Positions 57,169-64,000 of a stretch of DNA of 64,000 nucleotides are shown piece after piece (within the stretch, counting starts at the first letter, position 1; each line of letters begins with the position of its first letter). A program made the position numbers and the translations under genes. The DNA lies in the sequence record OQ718158.1. The stretch is one strand, 5' to 3'. The notes under the pieces are model-generated. The model was not told the origin of the DNA. It made no database searches and saw only the letters and a program-made list of their open reading frames with translations.

Positions 57169-57404
57169 AATCATTAGCTTACTATAGTTCTGCGGTGATC
57201 GGTGCATTGATCGCGGCGTTGTTAGTAACCTATCTATTCTTTATGGTGATTTAAATGAATCCAACAGGTTTAAACTATAAAAGTTGTTCGGCGTTTACGA
57301 AAGCAAATAAAGCGAATGCACGTAAAGCGAAAGTACAGGAATACATCAAGCAAGGCATGACGCGAAAAGCGGCGATTATAAAAGCTAAAAATAAATGAAA
57401 AAAG

Positions 57405-57487
57405 TGGTTGACTCCGGTCAGCCATTTTGCTATTATATATTCATTGAGAGATAGCTCACTAGCCCACAGGGTGCATAAGTGTATCTA
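57405..57487 (+). ncRNA. terminator/promoter hybrid driving GGGTGC cassette G
   Basis: TTGACT-17-TATTAT then TAGCCCACAGGGTGCATAAGTGTATCTA. Confidence 0.5.
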
Positions 57488-57609
57488 TTATATGAGTATT
57501 GAGTACTGAAAACTATTTTTAAAAAGTACTTGCAAACTATCTCAATAAGCGTATAATGTTTTACATCGAGAGGGGGAAACGGTTTCCCCTGGTAATAAGG
57601 AAACAAATC

Positions 57610-57951
57610 ATGACTATCTCAATTGCTCAATCTAACTTTGAAAATGAAATCATCGCCCAGGCACTGCGTTTAAATGATGGTCGGGCCGAAATTAATTACG
57701 GTTTCAATTCAGGCGGTTGCGAAAACTATCAGTACTTTGTAACGGCTGATGGCGGTGTCCTGGGTATCAATACAGTTATTGTAAACATCCAAAAAATTAA
57801 TTTCAATGATCCAGACGATAGCCAGTTTTACATCACTGGCGTAGACGTGAACTATGAGGATGACTCACTAACTGATGATCACACTGGCGAGCGGTTAGAA
57901 AGTGCATACGGTGAAGATGATTATCAGTCCGGTCCAGAAGATTTCGAATAA
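57610..57951 (+). CDS. acidic early protein
   Basis: True start MTISIAQ; GGCENYQ...NYED...DHTGE. Confidence 0.75.
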   Translation: MTISIAQSNFENEIIAQALRLNDGRAEINYGFNSGGCENYQYFVTADGGVLGINTVIVNIQKINFNDPDDSQFYITGVDVNYEDDSLTDDHTGERLESAYGEDDYQSGPEDFE

Positions 57952-58046
57952 TATAAAAAATAGTTTGACAATAGATTATAGTACTGTATAATTAATTACA
58001 TCAAGGGGAGAAAAACTTCTCCCCACTAACAGAGAGAGAAAACAAA

Positions 58047-58259
58047 ATGGCTAATATCCGGTCGAAATTAAAAAATGCAAAACAAGTTTTATTTTCAGAT
58101 CATGAATACTTTAATAAAGATATTACAGGAGTTACAAGTATCAAGGAAGTAAAAGAAAAAACCGGCGTTTTGTGTGATGTGCGATTAGTTGGGACATTTG
58201 GGAATAACGTGCTATATCGCTGCGGTGATTACAATTTTACACTGACTATCATTAACTAA
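58047..58259 (+). CDS. early hypothetical protein
   Basis: Own cassette. Confidence 0.75.
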   Translation: MANIRSKLKNAKQVLFSDHEYFNKDITGVTSIKEVKEKTGVLCDVRLVGTFGNNVLYRCGDYNFTLTIIN

Positions 58260-58342
58260 AAATATTATCACAGTACTATTGACATAGTTTGATAGTACTG
58301 ACATAATAACTTTTATCAACTACACTACTAAGGAATTAAAAA

Positions 58343-58522
58343 ATGGCTATCATCGCAAAAACTGAAATCGTTGGTCTGGATTCTATCATCATGACGTTTG
58401 AAGATCAAAAAGGTATGTATGTAGTTTCCTATGGTGATTATGTTCGGGAGTATGAAACGGTAGACGAAGCCTTTGAAAGTTATATTCGCCAGGTGAATAA
58501 AGCATACGACGACTACCGCTAA
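58343..58522 (+). CDS. 59-aa early protein (not in track), paralog of 55205
   Basis: Shares promoter repeat and MAII-x-K start. Confidence 0.65.
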   Translation: MAIIAKTEIVGLDSIIMTFEDQKGMYVVSYGDYVREYETVDEAFESYIRQVNKAYDDYR

Positions 58523-58621
58523 AATATATTACCAGTACTATTAAATCTATTGACAACGTTTGATAGTACTGTATAATAAGTTTTATAAACAGTAGTTAAC
58601 TTAACCTAAGAGAGAAACAAA

Positions 58622-58765
58622 ATGATCGCACTGGATTCATTCATCGACGCAGTACTGGCAAAAACTGGCGAGGATCTGACCGCAGAACAATACGCGATGA
58701 TCGAGCAATGTCAGCAAAACGGTAAATCGGTGAAAGATACTGTTAAGATTATCCGCAAGATGTAA
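58622..58765 (+). CDS. 47-aa early peptide (not in track)
   Basis: Own promoter; MIALDSFIDAVLAKTG...; terminator after. Confidence 0.6.
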   Translation: MIALDSFIDAVLAKTGEDLTAEQYAMIEQCQQNGKSVKDTVKIIRKM

Positions 58766-58864
58766 TATTATAGCCCACTGGTTAACGCTGGTGGGCTTTA
58801 ATCATTTACCCTATACAATGCCAGTACTAAACCGTTTATCTCGTTAGAATGCGTTACAGGACGT

Positions 58865-59068
58865 TTGACAATGATTAGCATGAAATCAGTACAAAAACAA
58901 ATAGAAACATTATCAAAAATTAAACGTAAACAATACTCGTTAGAATATACAATCAATGGTAACTATCATCTAATGAAAGAAAATAATTTTATAGTCATTG
59001 ATGAATCATTGCAAGTTATTAGTATAGTACTGAAAGCATTAATTAATGATAGAAAAAAATTAAAATAA
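58865..59068 (+). CDS. hypothetical protein
   Basis: ORF; start uncertain. Confidence 0.5.
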   Translation: MTMISMKSVQKQIETLSKIKRKQYSLEYTINGNYHLMKENNFIVIDESLQVISIVLKALINDRKKLK

Positions 59069-59071
59069 TTG

Positions 59072-59153
59072 TTGACATACAATGCCAGTACTGGCATAAT
59101 ACTTACATCAAGACGAGAACGTCACTAACCCATAGGGTGCACAAATGTAACTA
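59072..59153 (+). ncRNA. promoter-driven GGGTGC cassette H
   Basis: TTGACA-17-CATAAT; GACG-AGAA-CGTC hairpin; TAACCCATAGGGTGCACAAATGTAAC. Confidence 0.5.
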
Positions 59154-59396
59154 TATAATATCGATCAATAAATGATCAAAAAAGTACTGGATCAATTTAG
59201 CATAAGGAGTATAATTCTGATCAATTCTTGATCAAAGGCAATATACGCAGTTGAATTTATATAGACAGTACAAAGGCGTTACTATCCGTGGTAATGCTGA
59301 TGGATATGTAGTATCATACGGTTTGAATAAGATAAGCACTAGTAGTATTATTGTAGCATTACAGTACTATAGTATTTTTATAATGAGGTTAAAATA

Positions 59397-59654
59397 ATGG
59401 CTGTTGGATTCGCGAAGGACGGGGCCGAGCAAGACGAGATTAACGCAGTTATTCAGGCCGCTGTAAACCACGCTAGAACGCAAATTAACGCACAAATAGA
59501 ATCACTGATACATTGCCTCGACTGTGGCGATAAAATCCCTGAGAATCGCCGCCAGGTCGTTAAGGGGTGTAAGTACTGTATCACTTGCCAGGAGGATCAT
59601 GATAGTACTTTTAAACGTCAACCGCGTAATTGTTGGCATAGATCTATGAGATAA
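59397..59654 (+). CDS. DksA/TraR-family C4 zinc-finger protein (YbiI-like)
   Basis: CLDCGDKIPENRRQVVKGCKYCITCQE; N-terminus MAVGFAKDGAEQDEI. Confidence 0.9.
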   Translation: MAVGFAKDGAEQDEINAVIQAAVNHARTQINAQIESLIHCLDCGDKIPENRRQVVKGCKYCITCQEDHDSTFKRQPRNCWHRSMR

Positions 59655-59717
59655 AAAGTATTGACAGTACTATCCAGTAGTGTATAATGTTTTATATCTT
59701 AACTGAGGATAGAAATC

Positions 59718-60074
59718 ATGGGAATACAACATATCACGCGTACTACTGACAATGGCGAGATCACTGGCTATCAAGTACAGGGCAAAGTAGCACAATTGCA
59801 GTACTGGTTTGTTAAACGTGGAATCATTGCACCGGATCTTGATTATGACCGTGTAGCGTTTATTGATTCTCTTTATGTTGATCCTGATAGTCGGGGGAAT
59901 GGTGAAGGTAACGAATTAATGAATGCCTTTATTGATGCCGCCGATGATTCAGATTGTATCATCTTAGAATGCGATACGGGAGAAGATAACGCCTTTAATC
60001 TTAAAGAATGGTATGAAGGTTTCGGATTCGAGGTACTGATCGATAGTGAATATCCTATCATGATTTTATCATAG
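59718..60074 (+). CDS. GNAT-family acetyltransferase
   Basis: IDSLYVDPDSRGNGEG (acetyl-CoA motif A), WYEGFGF. Confidence 0.85.
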   Translation: MGIQHITRTTDNGEITGYQVQGKVAQLQYWFVKRGIIAPDLDYDRVAFIDSLYVDPDSRGNGEGNELMNAFIDAADDSDCIILECDTGEDNAFNLKEWYEGFGFEVLIDSEYPIMILS

Positions 60075-60153
60075 TACTTGCATTTAGTTTTCAGTACTGT
60101 ATAATAGTTTACATGAAGGGGAGAATAGTTCTCCCCACTACAAGGAAAGACAA

Positions 60154-60342
60154 ATGGAAAACTTATCAAGTATTTTAGTACAAGATGATTTCGGTAATCC
60201 TGGAAGTGCTATCATTGTTCGGGGTAATAAAGCAACGTTTGTTATTGCTGGTGGACCCGTACAGCGTAGCATTAAAAATAATGCTGTTACCATTAATAAT
60301 GTACGCTATCGCTTAGATAAAGAATTAATTCATAAACTGTAA
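60154..60342 (+). CDS. early hypothetical protein
   Basis: Own cassette. Confidence 0.7.
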   Translation: MENLSSILVQDDFGNPGSAIIVRGNKATFVIAGGPVQRSIKNNAVTINNVRYRLDKELIHKL

Positions 60343-60428
60343 AAAAGTACTGGACAATAGATTATAGTACTGTATAATAAGTTACATGAAGGGGAGAAAA
60401 TGATTCTCCCCACTAAGAGGAAAGAAAA

Positions 60429-60641
60429 ATGCAAGGTCAACTAATCGTTCGTAAATGGTCTGATACTAACGCTAAACCGTGGGATGTACAATACATCGCC
60501 CCCAATGGTGAATCCAGATATCAACCAGGTGTAACGCATAGTACTGAGCAATTCGCCGCCGCTCATCGTGAACGTCTGTTACAATCAATGCAGCAAGGTT
60601 TCGGTGAAAAATTCATTCAGGATCATTGGCTGAAAGATTAA
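60429..60641 (+). CDS. early hypothetical protein
   Basis: Own cassette. Confidence 0.7.
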   Translation: MQGQLIVRKWSDTNAKPWDVQYIAPNGESRYQPGVTHSTEQFAAAHRERLLQSMQQGFGEKFIQDHWLKD

Positions 60642-60727
60642 AAAGTTCTTGCACAGTACTGAATAAAGTGTATAATGTTTTATATCGAGAGGGGAATAGT
60701 TCCCCTCCTAACAAAAAGGAAAGTATA

Positions 60728-60901
60728 ATGATCCAAGTAGAATTATCAGTACTGAAAGATCTATTTTATCGGTTAGGTACTAATGGCGAGTATCCTAAAA
60801 GTGATACCGCAAAACTTTTTGTATCACTCGACTTATGGCAACGCGAACAATTAGTAATGTCGTGGCGTAAAGGTAAAGCAGATCGCGAGGTGAAAGCATG
60901 A
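60728..60901 (+). CDS. 57-aa early protein
   Basis: True start MIQVELS after cassette. Confidence 0.65.
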   Translation: MIQVELSVLKDLFYRLGTNGEYPKSDTAKLFVSLDLWQREQLVMSWRKGKADREVKA

Positions 60902-61047
60902 AAGAATTCTTATTTGAAGTAGTGTTTCAAGGTGTCGGTAGTAACCAACTGATTCGCTCAAGTGGTTACAATGTTAACCAGGCATGGAATAACATTAAAC
61001 AAATGTACCCGAACGCTATCACATATCGCAACCCGAAAGAAGTTTAA
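60898..61047 (+). CDS. 49-aa early peptide (not in track)
   Basis: ATGA-coupled; MKEFLFEVVFQG... Confidence 0.6.
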   Translation: MKEFLFEVVFQGVGSNQLIRSSGYNVNQAWNNIKQMYPNAITYRNPKEV

Positions 61048-61061
61048 AAATAATTGAAAAA

Positions 61062-61140
61062 GGGATTGACTCCGGTCAGTCCCTTTGCTATTATATACGC
61101 ATAGAAACAAATTAGCCCACCGGGTGCATAAATGTATCTA
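61062..61140 (+). ncRNA. terminator/promoter hybrid driving GGGTGC cassette I
   Basis: TTGACT-17-TATTAT then TAGCCCACCGGGTGCATAAATGTATCTA. Confidence 0.5.
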
Positions 61141-61229
61141 TTGTTTGCTGGTGGCTAGTACTATCAAGTACTGAAAACTATTTTTAAAAAGTACTTGCAA
61201 AGTATCACGATAAGCGTATAATGTTTTAC

Positions 61230-61302
61230 ATCAGGACGGGGAACGAAACAAGTAACCCCGTTAAGTAGTCCAGGAGTAAGACATACGAAAAACTCCCCTG
61301 AT
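61230..61302 (+). ncRNA. pseudoknot small RNA, copy 2
   Basis: Own promoter (TATAAT 61217); UAAGUA-GUC-CA-GGAGU-AA-GAC-AUA-CGAAAA-ACUCC; AUCAGG/CCUGAU. Confidence 0.75.
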
Positions 61303-61371
61303 AAAATAGTTTGACAATAGAAAGTAAACGAGTATAATACTTACATCAACCACTGATAAGGAAACATTAAA

Positions 61372-61647
61372 ATGCGGATTCTACTGACAGCTAACGAAAT
61401 CGAACAAGTACTGACTACTAACCTGGAAGACTGGAAACGTGAAGCAGATATCCAGGCGGTTCAATGGCTTAATGATAAGTTAACGCCGGATGATTTAAGT
61501 AAGATTGTAGATCCTCAATTCTACGAAGATATTCACGACACCGCGTTAAGCGTCGAGGATGTACTTGATAAGCACTACATTGATACTGATTTACATGTTT
61601 ACGGTCGTAAAAACTTTATCACTATTCACGACATTTACAATACTTAA
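61372..61647 (+). CDS. early hypothetical protein
   Basis: Own promoter, AAGGA RBS. Confidence 0.75.
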   Translation: MRILLTANEIEQVLTTNLEDWKREADIQAVQWLNDKLTPDDLSKIVDPQFYEDIHDTALSVEDVLDKHYIDTDLHVYGRKNFITIHDIYNT

Positions 61648-61733
61648 GTATTGACAAAGTATCTTAGTACTGTATAATAGTTTACATCGAGAGGGGAAAC
61701 GGTTCCCCTCCTAACAAAGAGAGAGAAATAAAA

Positions 61734-61916
61734 ATGGCTAAGTGCACTATCTGCAAGAAAGAAATAGTATTAGTTCCAAGTGCCCGTGAACGTGCCGCTC
61801 GGTTTGGTGGCAAAGCGTCAGACTATACAAAAATGTTTACTGCCCATACAGCTTGCCAGGTAGCAAAACGTTCACAAGAAAGCGTAGAATTAATGCGTAA
61901 ACTTTCCAAAAAATAA
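61734..61916 (+). CDS. small putative Zn-binding protein
   Basis: CTIC...H-x-x-C. Confidence 0.7.
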   Translation: MAKCTICKKEIVLVPSARERAARFGGKASDYTKMFTAHTACQVAKRSQESVELMRKLSKK

Positions 61917-62003
61917 GTATTGACAAAGTATCTTAGTACTGTATAATAGTTTACATCAAGCGAGGGGAATGGTTCCCCTCCTAACAAAGAGAGAGAAATA
62001 AAA

Positions 62004-62327
62004 ATGGCTATGATCCTTACCCAGAAAGTAGAACTGAAAATTGTAACCTCCTTTGACATTAACGTTAATCGGTGGACTGATTCACACGGCAATACTTACC
62101 ACTCTTGCTACGTGTCTGCGTTAATTGGCGACCGCTGGGAAGACCTGGGACACGAAACCTTTACATACGGTTACGGTACACAAGGCGAATACACGGGCTT
62201 GGAGATCATTAAAGAAACCGTTATAGGTTTCAACCCGAAAGAAAAAGTTATTCACCGCATCGAGGAAGAGATCAACAAAGAAATAACAGTTCGATACAAC
62301 GATGTAAAACGTAAGAAAGACATGTAA
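62004..62327 (+). CDS. early protein, paralog of 55507
   Basis: RWTDSHGNTYHSC. Confidence 0.8.
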   Translation: MAMILTQKVELKIVTSFDINVNRWTDSHGNTYHSCYVSALIGDRWEDLGHETFTYGYGTQGEYTGLEIIKETVIGFNPKEKVIHRIEEEINKEITVRYNDVKRKKDM

Positions 62328-62422
62328 TAGAATCCATTTAAAGTACTATTTGACATTGCCCAGATAGTACTTTATAATAGACTCTAACTTGTAGTACTAA
62401 CTCAACTAATAGGATGTATACC

Positions 62423-62818
62423 ATGATTACTAAATTCTACGCTACCCGTGAAGCTGCCCGTATTGTTGCACGCGAGGAAGGAGCAGCATTTAAAGACATG
62501 GGCAAAGATGCACCGAAAGGTCAACGCTGGGCCGTACAGTTCAAAGAAATCTCTGATATTGTGAATTCACCTGAGCCAGTACTGACAGCAGCAGAACTAA
62601 AACGAGCGGATATGCTGGCGGCAATACTTGACGCACAAGATGAGTTTATCGCTGATTCTGATATCAAAGTACAGGTAAACCACACCGCATGGACTCACGC
62701 GGATCACCTGGCAAACCTTAAGCGTCCAAGTGAACTGATTCGCAACCAGAAAGAGATCCGACACGACCGTAAGGGTAATCGTGTAACAGTATACAGTAAA
62801 CGCCGCCAGGTTATCTAA
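62423..62818 (+). CDS. early protein, paralog of 49909 with internal insertion
   Basis: YATREAAR...QRWA...HDRKGNRVTVY. Confidence 0.8.
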   Translation: MITKFYATREAARIVAREEGAAFKDMGKDAPKGQRWAVQFKEISDIVNSPEPVLTAAELKRADMLAAILDAQDEFIADSDIKVQVNHTAWTHADHLANLKRPSELIRNQKEIRHDRKGNRVTVYSKRRQVI

Positions 62819-62879
62819 TAACTTGCAGTACTAACAACACGGCGGGATCAGTTCCCGCCTTTTTTATAGGACAAACAAC

Positions 62880-63134
62880 ATGATTAAGGTTCAACTATCA
62901 AACGATAATGTATTACGGGTACACTATAAAGCACCTCAGAGAATCATCACAAAGGCCGTACAGCTTGCTAATGAGTTTATTAATGGTAACCTATTACCTA
63001 GGAAGTTAAGCAACGGGAAACTGCGTGTAATCGACGTGGACACTAACAACAGGATAGTAATCGAGAACACAGGAAAGATAAACCTTTATGAGCATCAACA
63101 ATACAATAAGAAAATAAAACTAATATCACGTTGA
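62880..63134 (+). CDS. hypothetical protein
   Basis: AGGA RBS. Confidence 0.7.
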   Translation: MIKVQLSNDNVLRVHYKAPQRIITKAVQLANEFINGNLLPRKLSNGKLRVIDVDTNNRIVIENTGKINLYEHQQYNKKIKLISR

Positions 63135-63187
63135 CAGTACTCAATTGTTTTAGTACTATGTACACATACCAACACGGGAGAAACAAA

Positions 63188-63406
63188 ATGAAATTATCTA
63201 AAATCGAAAAGAAAACTATTGATGAAGCAGTTAAGCACGGTTATACCTTTCGTAATGATTCACATTTTACCAATTTTCAACAAGGGTATCGTACTATTAA
63301 AAAACTAATTGACAAAGGTTTATTAGTTGAAGTCAATAACGGTAACGGTATCGAGTATCAACCAACACAGGACGCATTTTATTTTAAGAAATATAATATT
63401 ATCTAA
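63188..63406 (+). CDS. small winged-helix-like protein
   Basis: True start MKLSKIEK; TIKKLIDKGLLVE. Confidence 0.6.
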   Translation: MKLSKIEKKTIDEAVKHGYTFRNDSHFTNFQQGYRTIKKLIDKGLLVEVNNGNGIEYQPTQDAFYFKKYNII

Positions 63407-63463
63407 TTGACAGTACTCAAATGTTTTAGTACTATATGTACATACCAACACGGGGGAAACAAA

Positions 63464-63706
63464 ATGATTACTTTAGAAAAACGTATCAAAGAAACTACAT
63501 CGCTGGTGGAACTGTTAACAGTACTCAAATGTAAAACAACACCATTCAGCACGCCGGACTTTATTAATATGGTTGATGTTAATGGTCGCTATCGTATCAC
63601 GGTCGAACAAGGAGCGGCGAAAGTATTCAGTACTAAAAACACTAAGGAAGTGATCCACGCCGTTAATGTTAAAAAAGTAGTTGCCATTGATAGTAAAGTA
63701 CTGTAA
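63464..63706 (+). CDS. hypothetical protein
   Basis: True start MITLEK; promoter cassette duplicated from 63131. Confidence 0.7.
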   Translation: MITLEKRIKETTSLVELLTVLKCKTTPFSTPDFINMVDVNGRYRITVEQGAAKVFSTKNTKEVIHAVNVKKVVAIDSKVL

Positions 63707-63737
63707 TATAGTTTCATTAACTCAAGGAGAACATGCA

Positions 63738-64000
63738 ATGCGTAATTATACTAAATTCATCCGTACACTGTCAGAAATGGAAACCAACAAAGAGATCCTT
63801 TCAGCTTGTCGGTTAGCTGGACTGGAGATCATCGGTGCTGGTTCTTCCCGTATAGTATTCGCTTTAAATGATCGGTTAGTGATTAAGGTCGCGAATTGTG
63901 ATGCGGGTGTAGAACAAAATGAAACTGAATGTAAGGTATGGAATTTTTTAGACTATGACCGCCCTCAGTTGAAACAGTACTTTGCAAAGGTGCATATGCA
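63738..64000 (+). CDS. protein-kinase-like protein (runs off window)
   Basis: AAGGAG RBS; IGAGSSRIVF Gly loop, VIKVA, QNETE alphaC. Confidence 0.65.
   Translation, partial: MRNYTKFIRTLSEMETNKEILSACRLAGLEIIGAGSSRIVFALNDRLVIKVANCDAGVEQNETECKVWNFLDYDRPQLKQYFAKVHM

Larger units (their letters stand above)
48700..62010 (+). repeat. dispersed early promoter/stem-loop/RBS cassette (about 20 copies)
   Basis: A-tract-AGTAC-TTGCAA/TTGACA-~16-TATAAT-(G)TTTTACATC..GGGGA-loop-TCCCC-RBS-ATG, e.g. 48725, 49183, 50741, 54900, 56938, 61651, 61920. Confidence 0.9.

Noticed and set aside
53673-58798. Trans-pairing of GGGTGC-cassette RNAs with AGCCCAC/GTGGGCT terminators (53673, 54404, 58772)
   Set aside because: The cassette matches the 5' arm rather than complementing it, so it could not easily outcompete the intramolecular hairpin. 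Shared ancestry is a simpler explanation.
48700-62010. Possible CRISPR array from the recurring ~30-40-bp repeats
   Set aside because: Repeats are separated by whole genes of variable length, are promoter-shaped, and no cas genes are present.

Overview
A 64-kb segment of a large, AT-rich lytic phage genome. Gene density, sigma70-type plus TAAATA late-type promoters, denV and free-standing endonucleases suggest an enterobacterial jumbo myophage of the RaK2/GAP32/CBB/121Q type (inference; no search run). There are four blocks. (1) 1-23.2 kb, + strand: about 60 mostly small accessory genes, including lipoproteins, two arrays of 3-TM membrane paralogs, denV, HNH and Hef-like endonucleases, an AAA ATPase and a miniature kinase-like protein, punctuated by a fused terminator/promoter cassette. 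(2) 23.2-41.7 kb, - strand: 15 beta-propeller genes (14 RCC1/BLIP-II-like, 1 Kelch) that all begin with the same 12-aa leader, MLPF(V/A)xxx(D/K)YGN. (3) 41.8-46.8 kb, + strand: 22 tandem ~60-75-aa paralogous micro-ORFs. (4) A 2-kb non-coding region (46.8-48.7 kb; phased repeats, an octamer array, a skew switch and a candidate ~290-nt structured RNA), then an early region (48.7-64 kb) where almost every small gene has its own promoter+stem-loop+RBS cassette. The most novel signals are non-coding: three promoter-driven 73-75-nt RNAs sharing an H-type pseudoknot with triple covariation, and nine promoter-driven ORF-less cassettes with a CCC-N3-GGGTGC motif. AGTACT is strongly over-represented, especially in promoters and terminators. 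No tRNA, rRNA or CRISPR array was seen. All coordinates, alignments and counts are by eye.
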